A stretch of 64,000 bases of DNA from Squalus acanthias. Its lineage: Eukaryota. The stretch is taken from contig CM059449.1 of the NCBI GenBank assembly GCA_030390025.1, positions 13,764,001 to 13,828,000 of the forward strand, in the 5' to 3' direction. Shown here in pieces: positions 12,101 through 25,308 of the stretch (positions are counted from its first letter, which is position 1; each line of letters starts with the position of its first letter). The notes beneath the pieces were generated by a model, which was given only the letters and a program-made list of their open reading frames with translations, was not told where the DNA came from and made no database searches. The position numbers and the translations under genes were made by a program.

Positions 12101-15100
12101 TTAACTTAAATCTCACCGAATTATGGTCACTGTCACCAAAATGCTCTCCTACTGAAACTTCTACCACTTGCCCGGCTACAGTGAGAGCTATAGAGATAGG
12201 GGATTCTATTGTAAGGGGAATAGATAGGCGTTTCTGCGGCCGCAAACAAGACTCCAGGTTGGTATGTTGCCTCCCTGGTGCAAGGGTCAAGGATGTCTCG
12301 GAGCGGCTGCAAGGCATTCTGGAGGGGGAGGGTGAGCAGCCAGTTGTCGTTGTGCATATAGGTACCAACGATATAGGTAAACAAACGGGATTCGGTCCTT
12401 AAAGCTGAATATAGGGAGTTAGGAGGTAAATTAAAAAATAGGACCTCAAGGGTAGTAATCTTAGGATTGCTACCGGTGCCACGTGCTAGTCAGAGTAGAA
12501 ATAGAAGGATATTTCAGATGAATACGTGGCTAGAGGAATGGTGCAAGGGGGAGTGATTCAAATTCCTGGGACATTGGATCCGGTTTTGGGTGAGGTGGGA
12601 CAAGTACAAACTGGACGGTTTGCACCTGGGCAGGACCGGGACCGATGTCCTAGGGGGAGTGTTTGCTAGTGCTGTTGGGGAGGGTTTGAACTAAAATGGC
12701 AGGGGGTTGAAAACCTGTGAAAGGAAACAGAGGAAAGGGAAGCAATGATAGAAGCAAAAGACAGGAAGGAGGAAAGCAAAAGTGTCAGTTAGAGAAATCA
12801 AGGGTGTAAATCAAACACGGCTACAGTAAATAATAATTCTAAAAGAACTAAGAGTGTTAAAAAACAAGCCTGAAGTATTTGTGTATTAATGCGAGGAGCA
12901 TTCGTAATAAGGTGGAGGAATTAGCTGCGCAAATAGATGTAAACGGATATGATATAATTGGGATTACAGAGACATGGCTCCAGGGTAACCAAGGCTGGGA
13001 ATTCAACATCCAGGGTACTCAATATTCAGGAAGGACAGACAAAAAGGAAAAGGAGGTGGGGTAGCATTGCTGATTAAAGAGGAGATTAACACAATAGTAA
13101 GGAAGGACATTAGCTCTGATGATGTGGAATCTGTATGGGTAGAGCTGAGAAATACCAAGGGGCAGAAAAAGTTAGTGGGAGTTGTATACAGACCCCCAAA
13201 CAGTAATGCTGAGGTTGAGGATGGCATTAAATGGGAAATTAGAGATGCGTGCAATAAGGGCACAGCAGTTATCATGGGTGACTTTAATCTACATATAGAT
13301 TGGGCTAACCAAATTAGTAACAATACTGTGGAGGAGGAATTCCAAGAGTGTATACGGGATGGTTTCCTGGACCAATATGTCGAGGAACCAACTAGAGATC
13401 AGGCCATCTTAGACTGGGTATTATGTAATGAGAAAGGATTAATTAGCAATCTTGTTTTGCGAGGCCCCTTGGGAGGAGCGATCATAATATGATAGAATTC
13501 TTCATGATTAAGATGGAGAGTGAAGTAGTTGACTCAGAGACTAGGGTCCTGAATTTAAATAAGGAAACTACGATAGTATAAGGCACGAGTTGGCTAGGTT
13601 GGATTGGGGAGCGTTACTTAAAGGGTTGATGGTGGATAGGCAATGGAAAACATTTAAAGATCGCATGGATGAACTACAGAATTTGTTCATCCCTGTTTGG
13701 CATAAAAATAAAACAAAAAAGGTGACTCAACCGTGGCTAACAAGGGAAATTAGAGATAGCATAAGATCCAAAGAGGAGACATATAAATTGGCCAGAAAAA
13801 GCAGCAAACCTGAGGATTGGGAGCAGTTTAGGATTCAGCAAAGGAGGACAAAGGGATTAATTAAGAGGGGGGAAATAGAATATGAGAGTAAGCTTACTGG
13901 GAACATAAAAACTGACTGTAAAAGCTTCTATAGATATGTGAAGAGAAAAAGATTGGTGAAGTCAAGTGTAGGTCCCTTGCATTCAAAATCAGGGGAATTT
14001 ATAATGGGGAACAAAGAAATGGCAGACCAATTAAATGCATACTTTGGTTCTGTCTTCACAAAGGAGGACACAAATAAACTCCCAGAGATGTCGGGGGACA
14101 TAGGGTCTAATGAGAGGGAGGAATTGAATGAAATCAGTATTTGTAGGGAAATGGTGTTCGGGAAATTGACGGGATTGAAGGCCGATAAATCCCCAGGGCC
14201 TGATAACCTACATCCTAGGGTACTTAAGGAAGTGGCCCTAGAAATAGTAGATGCATTGCTGGTCATCTTTCAAAATTCTATAGACTCTGAAACAGTTCCC
14301 ATGGATTGGAGGGTAGCTAATGTAACCCCACTATTTAAAAAAGGTGTTCGAGAAAAAACAGGGAATTATAGACCGGTAAGCCGGACATCGGTAGTGGGCA
14401 AAATGCTAGAGTCCATTATAAAAGATGTAATAGCAGAGCACTTGGAAAACAGTGACAGGATCGGACAAAGTCAACATGGATTTACAAAAGGTAAATCATG
14501 CCTGACTAATCAAATGGCATTTTTTGAGGATGTAACTGTTGAATAGATATGGGAGAACCAGTGGATGTGGTGTATTTGGACTTTCAGAATGCTTTTGATA
14601 AGGTCCCACATAAGAGAATAGCGTGCAAAGTTAAAGCACATGGGATTGGGGGTAAGGTACTGATTTGGATAGAGAACTGGTTGGCAGACAGGAAGCAAAG
14701 AGTTGGAATAAACGGGTCTTTTTCCGAGTGGCAGGCAGTGACTAGTGGGGTACCACAGGGATCGGTGCTAGGACCCCAGCTATTCACAACATATATAAAA
14801 GATCTAGACGAGGGAACGAGATGTAATATCTCTAAGTTTGCAGACGACACAAAGCTGGGTGAGCGTGTGTGCTGTGAGGAGGATGTCGAGAAACTCCAGT
14901 ATGATTTGGACAGGTTGGGTGATTGGGCAGATGCATGGCAGATGCAGTATAATGTGGATACATGCGAGGTTATCCACTTTGGAGGCAAAAACAGGAAGAC
15001 AGATTATTATCTGAACGGCAATAGATTGGGAAAAGGGGAAGTGCAACGAGATCTGGGAGTCCTTGTGCACCAGTCGCTGAAGGTAAGCATGCAGGTGCAG

Positions 15101-15268
15101 CAGGCGGTTAAGAAGGCAAATGGTATGTTGGCCTTCATAGCGAAAGGATTCGAGTACAGGAGCAAGGATGTCTTGCTGCAGTTGTACAAGGCCTTGGTGA
15201 GACCACACCTTGAGTATTGTGTGCAGTTTTGGTCGCCTTATCTGAAGAAGGATGTTCTTGCCATGGAG

Positions 15269-17233
15269 TATTTGGACTTTCAAAAGGCTTTCGATAAGGT
15301 CCCGCATAAGAGATTAGCGTGTAAAGTTAAGGCACATGGGATTGGGGGCAAGGTATTGACTTGGATAGAGAACTGGTTGGTGGACAGAAAGCAGAGAGTA
15401 GGAATTAATGGGTCTTTTTCGAGTGGCAAGCAGTGACTAGTGGGGTACCGCAGGGATCGGTCCTTGGACCCCAGCTATTCACAATATACATTAATGATCT
15501 AGATAAGGGAACTAAATGTAATGGCCCAGAAATTAAATATCGATGGTTCCCACGGGGGTAAGGATTCCCTGCGATATCACACTCCGCGCCTACCTTTTTT
15601 GTTTCGGGCCCACACGAACTTCAGTTTCAGGGCCTCTCCCTGTTGCAACCGTGCAGTGCTTGCGTGTCCCGGAGGCGCAATTAGTTCGTGCGAGCTCTGG
15701 ATCACGTGATTCAGTTAGAGCCAATGGCAGCACACCATCTTTCATTCATAGTTTTGACAGCAAGGGCTGTCAAAGCTATGAATACTACAAGCCCCCAAAA
15801 GAACAGCTAAACCTCAATTAAATTTTAAAAAAGCCATCACATTAATAAAATAACTATAGTTATATAAATTAAACACTTTAAACAAAAAATTAAATTTTTG
15901 AAAAAATTTAAAATCTTTTTAAAAGTTATAAAAATAAACTTACCTTTCTTTAAAGTCTCTAAAAAAGATAAACCTGTTGAAAATTTTTTAAATAACACTT
16001 AATTAACTACTTACCTTGTTAAAAGGGGGTCCTACGCCTGCTTTCTTTATGTGTAAAATCTTCACCACTTATCTGCGCATTCAAACCTGAAAAAAAAACT
16101 AAGTGCACTGCGTGCGTACAACCTGTAGTGCGCACGCGGTTCACTTAGGAACCACCCCCTTCGCAAAACATGAAGTGCCGGTTTCCCACGCATGCGCAGT
16201 GTATGTAGGAAACCGCCAATTCGGGACCTAATACGCAAGAGTACACAATGCGTACTCTCCCGTATTAGGTCTAATTTTCGGGCCAATATCTCCAAGTTTG
16301 CAGATGACACAAAGCTGGGTGGGAGTGTGTGCTGCGAGGAGGATACCGAGAAACTCCAGGATGATTTGGACAGGTTGGGTGAGTGTGCAGAAGCGTGGCA
16401 GATGCAATATAACGTGGATAAGTGCGAGGTTATCCACTTTGGTGTCAAAAACAGAAAGGCAGACTATTATCTGAATGGCAATAGATTGGGAGAAGGGGAA
16501 GTGCAACGAGACCTGGGTGTCCTTGTGCACCAGTCGCTGAAAGTAAGCATGCAGGTGCAGCAGGCGGTGAAGAAGGCAAATGGTATGTTGGCCTTCATAG
16601 CGAGAGGGTTTGAGTATAGGAACAGGGATGTCCTGTTGCAGTTGTACAGGGCCTTGGTGAGACCACTCCTTGAGTACTGTGTGCAGTTTTGGTCGCCTTA
16701 TCTGAGGAAGGATGTTCTTGCCATGGAAGGAGTTCAGCGAAGATTCACAAGGCTGATACCTGGGGTGGCAGGAATGACATATGAGGAGAGATTGGGTCGA
16801 TTGGGCTTATACTCGCTGGAGTATAGAAGAATGAGAGGGGATCTCATCGAAACATATAAAATTCTGACAGGTCTGGGGAAACTAGATGCAGGAAGAATAT
16901 TCCTGATGGTCGGTGAGTCCAGAACCAGGGGTCATAATCTAAGGATAACGGGTAAGCCATTTAGGACAGAAATGAGGAAGAATTTCTTCACCCAGAGAGT
17001 GGTGAACCTGTGGAATTCTCTACCACAGAAGGTAGTTGAGGCCAAGTCATTAAATATATTCAAGAATGAGTTAGATATATTTCTTAAAGCTAAAGGTATC
17101 AAGGGATATGGGGAGAAGGCAGGTACAGGGTACTGAGTTTGGATGATCAGCCATGATCTCATCGAATGGCGGAGCAGGCTCGAGGGGTCGAATGGCCTAC
17201 TCCTGCTCCTATCTTCTATGTTTCTATGTTTCT
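15269..17233 (+). mobile_element. 5'-truncated CR1 inserted into a related CR1
   Basis: Restarts at [13 protein letters not shown], ends in a (TTTCTATG)n tail; TSD ATGGAG at 15263-15268 and 17234-17239. Confidence 0.9.
15523..16284. mobile_element. ~760-bp non-autonomous TIR DNA transposon (PIF/Harbinger-like), copy 1, inserted in CR1 RT
   Basis: Termini GGCCCAGAAATT / AATTTTCGGGCC; 3-bp TSD AAT. Removing it restores CR1 KCNISKFADD. Confidence 0.88.
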
Positions 17234-19237
17234 ATGGAGGGAGTGCAGCGAAGATTTACCAGACTGATACCTGGGATGGCAGGAATGACTTATGAAGAGA
17301 GATTGGTCGATTAGGCTTATATTCGCTAGAGTTTAGAAGAATTAGAGGGGATCTCATTGAAACTTATAAAATTCTAACAGGACTAGACAGACTAGATGCA
17401 GGAAGGATGTTCCCGATGGCGGGAGAGTCCAGAACCAGAGGTCGCAGTCTAAGGCTGATGAGTAAGCCATTTAGGACTGAGATGAGGAGGAATTTCTTCA
17501 CAGAGAGTGGTGAACCTGTGGAATTCTTTACCACAGAAGGCAGTTGAGGCCAATTCATTAACTATATTCAAGAAGGAGATAGATATATTTCTTAAGGCTA
17601 AAGGGAGCAAGGGATATGGGGAGAAGGCAGGGACAGGGTACTGAATTTGGATGATCAGCCATGATCTCATTAAATGGCGGAGCAGGCTCGAGAGGCCGAA
17701 TGGCCTACTCCTGCTCCTATCTTCTATGCTTCTATTCCCTACAATTAGGTCCAGTACCGCCCCCCTCTCTTGTAGGACTTTCTACATGCTGGCTTAAAAA
17801 GCTCTCCTGGATGCACTTTAAGAATTCCGCACCCTCTAAGCCTTTCACACTCTGACTATCCCAGTTAATATTGGGGAAGTTGAAATCCCCTACTATTATT
17901 ACCCTATTATTTCTACACCTCTCTGAGGTTTGCCTACATATCTGTTCCTCTATCTCCCCCTGACTGTTTGGGGGCCGATAGTACACTCCAAGCAAAGTGC
18001 TTGCCCTTTTTATTTTTAAGTTCTACCCATATGGCCTCATTAGAGGAACCTGCTAAGATATCATCCCTCCTTACAGCAGTAATTGACGCCTTGATTAATA
18101 TTGTGGCACCCCTTCCTCTTTTACACCCCCCTCTGTCTCGCGTGAAGATTCTGTACCCTGGAATATTGAGCTGCCAGTCTTGCCCCTCCCTCAACCATGT
18201 CTCTGTGATAGCAACAATATCATGCTCCCATGTGTTCATCAACACCTTCAATTCATGTGCCTTACTCGCAAGACTCCTTGCATTAAATTAAATGCCATCC
18301 AGCCTTGCCATACTCCCTTGTGCCGTTACATATTTGCTCTGCCTTCCTGGCTGACTTGTTTTTTCCTCTATATTTGGCTGTGCATCACCCCCTACTATAG
18401 CTCCACTCCGTATCCCATCGCCCTGCCAAGTTAGTTTAAACCCCCCGCCCCCCCCCCCCACTCCACCAACAGCACGAGCAAACCTCCCCGCTTCACCGGT
18501 GGCATTCGGGTGTATGCAAACTACTGTTGGCTTGACGAAATCGCTTCGTTAGTGCTATTTTTAAAATGCATCCCTGTAGCTACATCCCTGTTATGTTGGT
18601 GTTTGATTTATTCAGAGCCATGCCAGTTGCCCCTGCCATATGAAAAGTAGATTAGCACTGAGTCAAATTATGCCATTCGGAGATGTAAAATAATCATTTT
18701 GAGTACCATTCCTCAAATCATGAGCGCCTCGCCTTTTTAAATAATATTGCTGTATTAATTTTGTAAGCTCTGCCGTATGGACCATGAACTTGAGTATGTA
18801 AAGCGTGCACAGTCCATTTCATACATCCGTGACCTATGAACCGTTATTGGCTTGTTTACTCGGTTTCCAAACATGGGTTTAAAATCCTGTAATCCTCATA
18901 ATAGGAATTTAAAAGTCGAAATTGTTGTATGTCATATGAATCTACAATTGCTTCGCGTGTATTTTAATCCTTTATGTTTTTTGTATTTATTCATGGCTAG
19001 CAAGGCCGGCATTCAATGTCCATCCCTAGCTGCCCTTGAAAAGGTGGAGCCTTCTTCTTGAACTGCCGCAGTCCCTGTGGTGATGGTAATCGCACAGTGC
19101 TGTTAGATAGGGAGCTCCAGGATTTTCACCCAGTGACAATGAAGGAACGGCAATATATGTCCAAGTCAGGATGGTGTGTGAGTTGCAGGGGAACTTACAG
19201 GTGATGGTGTTCCCATGCGCGTGCTGCCCTTGTCTTT

Positions 19238-20381
19238 TGTAGGGGGTGGTAATGGGGTCAGCCCACGCCTTCTGACTCAGTAAGCGGTTCGACTCGCTCC
19301 CACGCCCCTGGTTCCTAGACTTTGGACTTATATAGGGGTTGTGAACAAAAATGCAGTAGACAACAGGTGCTGATGAAAGAATGTTGACTTTATTAAAAGA
19401 AAAAGGTAACAAACTTAAAACACACTTAATACTTAAACACAGATTGGGGAGCACACGGTACAGGCGAGGGAGAAAGGCAATCTACCAAACAAAAACCTTA
19501 TCCCTCCCAAAGATCCCACTATCTAGCTGGGTATTTGGTTTCAGGAGATCAGGGATAATGCTCACCAACGAATCCTTGACAGGATTTTAGAGTCTTTTGA
19601 TTAAAATATTTCGTAAGGCCCTTGTTGCTGCGAGGTGTCCGATGGTCACTGAGGCAGTCGCTCTGGTTTCTTCGTGTGTGATGGTCTGTTTGTTGGCCTT
19701 CCTCCTCGTGGCTTGTAGTGGTATTGCTGGAGCAGTGAGAGAGCTGTGCCAGCGTTGTCAGCGAGTCCAAAAGAGAAAGAGTCTTGGTTCAGGCTTCAAT
19801 TTTATTGTCTTTTTCGCGCCCAAAACCCCTTACTAAAACGGTTTCCTTTAGGTTGCAAATGAGCCTTGTAAAGTCCATTGTCTAGTTTTAGCGGGCTTGC
19901 CAGTTCCGATGGCTTTAGCTCAGTGTTAAACATGTCCTGATCGTTTTTCGATTTAACACAGCCTTATCTACGTGCCAAATCTCAACCCTATTGTCCTAGG
20001 TCTATTGGCGGGCTTTTAAATCTGTCCTGTGGATACCTGGTTGATTGGTTTTGGATGAAGTACTAAATGTTTTATTGATTTCAAAAGAGGTCTTGGATTC
20101 TTCATTTCGATGTGTTGTGAGGCTTTTGGGTTTTGTCTTTTCCTCCTTGATAGGAAGGCAGTGCAAACACACGGAAGACAGCTTACTACACTGCCTGGCC
20201 ACGCCCCCTGCAGCCTGTGTGTCTGTGAAAGCTGTCTCACACAACAGTAAGATTCGAAAAGTCATTTTCCTCAGGGTTTTCTTCTTGTGATCTTTAAAAA
20301 TGTCCAAAACTGAGGGTTTTACCTCAAATCACTTCACTTAGGGTTCTGTTCGAGTTTCTGGGGGATTTTGCGAAGCCTACA
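19238..20381 (-). mobile_element. Solo LTR (1144 bp)
   Basis: TGTAGG...CCTACA inverted termini, 4-bp TSD CTTT (19234-19237 and 20382-20385), AATAAA on the minus strand near 19390. It splits a LINE that is continuous across it. Confidence 0.85.
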
Positions 20382-20626
20382 CTTTCTAGATGGTAGAGGT
20401 CGCTGGTTTGGGAGGTGCTGTCGAAGAAGCCTTGGCGAGTTGCTGCAGTGCATCTTGTAGATGGTACACACTGCAGCCCTGGTACGCCGGTGGTGGAGGG
20501 AGGGAATGTTTAAGGTGGTGGATGGGGTGCCAATCAAGCGGGCTGCTTTGTCCTGGATCGTGTTGAGCTTCTTGAGTGTTGTTGGAGCTGCACTCATCCA
20601 GGCAAGTGGAGAGTATTCCATCACAC

Positions 20627-23600
20627 AGTGTCCCCCACCCTTCCACCTCCTCTAACCTAAAGGGGGTGAGTGTATATCAGGAGGCCCGGTGAGTATCTAA
20701 ACTCACTTTCGCGGGCTTTTGTTTGCTGAGGCTGGTCGGGAGCGGAGAGAGCCGAGGCCCGGTGCGTATCTAAACTCACTTTCGCGGGCTCTTTTTTGCA
20801 GAGGCTGTTGTCAGGAGCAGAGAGAGCCGAGGCCCGGTGAGAATCTAAACTCACTTTCGCGGGCTTTTGTTTACAGAGGCTGGTGTCGGGGGCGGAGAGA
20901 GCCGAGGCCCGGTGAGTATCTAAACTCACTTTCGCGGGCTTTTGTTTGCAGAGGTTTACCAATCTCAGACCGGCGGCGGTGTTCCAGAGCCACATTACGA
21001 TTCAAAACGTGACGTGGGCAGGAGGGAGCGGCTGATTGGGTGAGTACGGCAGGTTAGAATTTATACTACTTTATAGTTTGATAGTTAAGGTTCATAGTTT
21101 ATAAAGTTTCGAAGATCTTAATTTTGTGATTATAATTTCTAGTGCTAGTAACCAAGGGCCCTTGAGTAATTCATTTAATTGAGTGAAATTGGTGGTATTG
21201 ATTTGATTTAATTAAAGTTCAATTAATTAAAGGGTAAGTCATGGCAGGACAGCCCAGCCCCGTGTTGTGCTCCTCCTGCTCTATGTGGGAAATCAGGGAC
21301 CCTTCCGGTGTCCCTGACGAGCATGTGTGCGGGAAGTGTATCCAGCTGCAGCTACTGACAGCCCGCATTGCGGCGCTGGAGCTGCGGCTGGATGCATATT
21401 GGAGCATTTGCGATGCTGAGAACCTCGTGGATAGCACGTTTAGTGAGTTGGTCACACCGCAGGTGAAGGGTGTACAGGCAGGAAGGGAATGGGTGACCAC
21501 CAGGTAGAGTAGGAGGTGCAGGCAGGTAGTGCAGGGGTCCCCTGTGGCCATCCCCCTCTCAAACAGATATACCGCTTTGGATACTGTTGGGGGGGATGAC
21601 TTAGGGGAAGGCAGCAGCAGCCAACTTCCTGGCACCATGGGCGGCTCTGCTGCACAGGCTGGGAGGAAAAAGAGTGGAAGAGCTATAGTGATAGGGGACT
21701 CAATTGTAAGGGGAATAGATAGGCGTTTCTGCGGCCGCAACCGAGACTCCAGGATGGTGTGTTGCCTCCCTGGTGCAAGGGTCAAGGACGTCTTGGAGCG
21801 GCTACAGAACATTTTGGAGGGGGAGGGCGAACAGCCAGCTGTCGTGGTGCACATAGGCACCAACGATATAGTTAAAAAAGGGGATGAGGTCCTAAAAGCA
21901 GAATATAGGGAGTTAGGAGGTAAATTAAAAAATAGGACCTCAAAGGTAGTAATCTCAGGATTGCTACCAGTGCCACGTGCGAGTCTGAGTAGAAATAGGA
22001 GGATATTTCAAATGAATACGTGGCTAGAGGAATGGTACAAGGGGGAGGGATTCAAATTCCTGGGACATTGGAACCGGTTCTGGGGGAGGTGGGACCAGTA
22101 CAAACCGGATGGTCTGCACCTGGGCAGGGCCGGGACCGCTGTCCTAGGGGGAGTGTTTGCTAGTGCTGTTGGGGAGGATTTAAACTAATGTGGCAGGGGG
22201 TTGGGAACCTGAGCAGGGAGACAGAGGAAAGCATGTCAGGAAGGGACAGAAGATATGGAGTAAAAGGTAAAGTGTTAAATAAGGAAAAAGCAGGAAGTAA
22301 GTGTAGTAAAACACAATTGAAAGTTCTTTATCTGAATGCACGTACCATTCGTAACAAAATTGACGAGTTAACGGCACAAATAACTATGTATGGGTATGAT
22401 CTTGTGGCCATTACAGAAACATGGCTGCAGGGTGACAACGTCTGGGAATTAAATATGCCAGGGTATTTAACAATCAGGAAGGACAGGCAGGAAGGAAGGG
22501 GAGGGTGGTGGCTATGTTAATAAAGGAAGGAATCACTGTAATACAGAGAAATGATATTGGGTCAAAAGATTAGGATAATGAAACAGTTTGGGTAGAGATT
22601 AGGAATAATAAGGGGAAAAAAACAATGGTGGGCGTAGTATATAGGCCTCCTAATAGTTGCAACTCTGTTGGAAGAAGTATTAATCAGGAAATAGTTGGGG
22701 CATGTAATAAGGGAACAGCTATAATTATGGGGGATTTTAACTATCATATTAACTGGACAAATCAAATTGGGCAGGGCAGCCTTGAGGAAGAGTTTATTGA
22801 GTGTCTTAGGGATGGATTTCTTGAGCAGTATGTAACTGATCCTACAAGGGGGCAAGCAACCTTGGACCTGGTACTGTGTAATGAGTCTGGATTAATTAAT
22901 AATGTCATAGTTAAGGATCCCCTTGGAATGAGTGACCATAACATGGTTGAATTCCATATCCAATTAGAGGGTGAGAAGGTTGGTTCTCAAACAGGCATAC
23001 TGAGCTTGAATAAAGGAGACTATGATGGCATGAGAGCAGAATTGATTAAAGTGGACTGGGAAAATAGATTAAAGGGTAAGACGGTGCATGAGCAGTGGTG
23101 TTCATTCAAGGAGTTATTTTACAACTTTCAAAATAAATATATTCCACTGAGGAAAAAAGGGTGTAAAAGAAATGACAGCCATCCATGGCTAAGTAAAGAA
23201 ATTAAAGAAAGTATCCAACTAATAACAAGGTAGCCAAAGTTAGTGGGAGGATAGAAGATTGGGAAGTCTTCAAAAGACAAAAAAAAGTAACTAAAGGATT
23301 GATTAAGAAAGGGAAAATAGACTATGAAAAGAAATTAGCAAAAAATATAAAAACAGATAGCAAGAGTTTCTATAGTTATATAAAAAGAAAAAGGGTGGTT
23401 AAGGCAAACGTAGGTCCCTTAGAGGATGAGACTGGGAAATTAATGGTGGGAAACATGGAGATGGCAAAAATGCTGAACAAATATTTTGTTTCAGTCTTTA
23501 CGGTAGAGGACACTAAGAATATCCCAACACTGGACAAACAGGGGGCTCTAGTGGGGGAGGAGCTAAATACGATTAAAATCACTAAGGAATTGGTACTCAG

Positions 23601-25308
23601 TAAAATAATGGGACTCAAGGCGGATAAATCCCCTGGACCTGATGGCTTACATCCTAGGGTCTTGAGGTAAGTGGCAGTAGGAATTGTGGATGCTTTGGTA
23701 ATAATTTTCCAAAACTCCCTGAACTCAGTAAAGGTCCCGGCAGATTGGAAAACTGCTAATGTAACACCCTTATTTAAAAAGGGTTGTAGGCAGAAGGCTG
23801 GAAATTATAGACCAGTTAGCCTAACATCTGTGGTGGGTAAAATTTTGGAGTCTATTATTAAGGAGACAGTAACGGAACATTCAGATAAACATAATTTAAT
23901 AGGACAAAGTCAGCATGGCTTTATGAAGGGGAAGTCATGTCTGACAAATTTGCTCGAGTTCTTTGAGGACATAACGTACAGGGTGGATAAAGGGGAACCA
24001 GTGGATGTAGTGTATTTAGACTTCCAGAAGGCATTCGACAAGGCGCCACATAAAAGATTATTACTCAAGATAAAAAATCACTGGATTGGGGGTAATATTC
24101 TGGCATGGGTGGAGGATTGGTTATCTAACAGGAAGCAGAGAGTTGGGATAAATGGTTCATTCTCGGACTGGCAACCAGTAGCCAGTGGTATTCCGCAGGG
24201 GTCGGTGCTGGGTCCCCAACCCTTTACAATCTATATTAACGATTTGGAGGAGGGGACCGAGTGTAACATATCAAAGTTTGCAGATGATACAAAGATGGGA
24301 GGGAAAGTAGAGAGTGAGGAGGACATAAAAAACCTACAAGGGGATATAGACAGGCTGGGTGAGTGGGCAGAGATTTGGCAGATGCAATACAATATTGGAA
24401 AATGTGAGGTTATGCACTTTGGCAGGAAAAATCAGAGAGCAAGTTATTATCTTAATGGCGAGAAACTGGAAAGTACTGCAGTACAAAGGGATCTGGGGGT
24501 CTTGGTGCAAGAAAATCTAAAAGTTAGTATGCAGGTGCAGCAGGTGATCAAGAAAGCCAATGGAATGTTGGCTTTTATTGATAGGGGGATAGAATATAAA
24601 AACAGTGAGGTATTGCTGCAGTTGTATAGGGTATTGGTGAGACCGCACCTGGAGTACTGCATACAGTTTTGGTGTCCATACTTAAGAAAAGACATACTTG
24701 CTCTCGAGGCAGTACAAAGAAGGTTCACTCGGTTAATTCCGGGGATGAGGGGGTGGACATACGAGGAGAGGTAGAGTAGATTGGGACTCTACTCATTGGA
24801 GTTCAGAAGAATGAGAGGCGATCTTATTGAAACATATAAGATTGTGAAGGGGCTTGATCGGGTGGACACGGTGAGGATGTTCCCAATGATGGGTGAAACT
24901 AGAACTAGGGGACATAATCTTAGAATAAGGGGCTCCTCTTTCAAAACTGAGATGAGGAGAAACTTTTTCACTCAGAGCGTAGTGGGTCTGTGGAATTTGC
25001 TACCCCAGTAAGCTGTGGAAGCTACTTCATTAAATAAATTTAAAACAGAAATAGACCGTTTCCTAGAAGTAAAGGGAATCAGGGGTTACGGGGAGCGGGC
25101 TGGAAATTGGACATGAGTTTGAGTTCGGATCGGGCAAGGCCCTGTGGGTGGCGGAGCGGGCCCAGGGGCCGAGTGGCCTGGTCCTGCTCCTGCTTCTTGT
25201 GTTCTTTAGAGTTGAGGTTGGATCAGATCAGCCATGATCTCATTGAATGGCGGAGCAGGCTCGAGGGGCCGATTGGTCTACTCCTGCTCCTATTTCTTAT
25301 GTTCTTAT
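20627..25308 (+). mobile_element. Full-length CR1 LINE (ORF1 zinc-finger/coiled-coil + SGNH esterase; ORF2 APE endonuclease + RT), with several stops
   Basis: ORF1 CSSC..CGKC, GDSIVRG, HIGTND, DGLHL; ORF2 [32 protein letters not shown]; (TTCTTATG)n tail. Confidence 0.95.
20681..20955 (+). repeat. ~75-bp tandem repeat x4 in the CR1 5'UTR
   Basis: gaggcccggtgagtatctaaactcactttcgcggg... starts at 20681, 20754, 20829 and 20904. Confidence 0.9.

Larger units (their letters stand above)
12178..17732 (+). mobile_element. 5'-truncated CR1 (esterase-APE-RT), itself interrupted at 15269-17233
   Basis: ORFs 12085-15436; the RT resumes at 17234 (MEGVQRRFTRL) exactly where it broke at 15268 (LAME). Confidence 0.92.
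9907..18490 (-). mobile_element. CR1 LINE split into 9907-12177 and 17733-18490 by nested insertions
   Basis: RT ORFs 10149-11153 and 11274-11729; APE ORFs 17732-18251. Same subfamily as 53590-56867. Confidence 0.92.

Noticed and set aside
10054-17670. Numerous antisense ORFs (e.g. [10 protein letters not shown]..., ...FLISVLNGLP)
   Set aside because: Reverse-strand shadows of CR1 ORF2, not genes.
19597-19836. Hydrophobic 79-aa ORF resembling a membrane peptide
   Set aside because: Non-ATG start, lies antisense within the solo LTR, no splice context.
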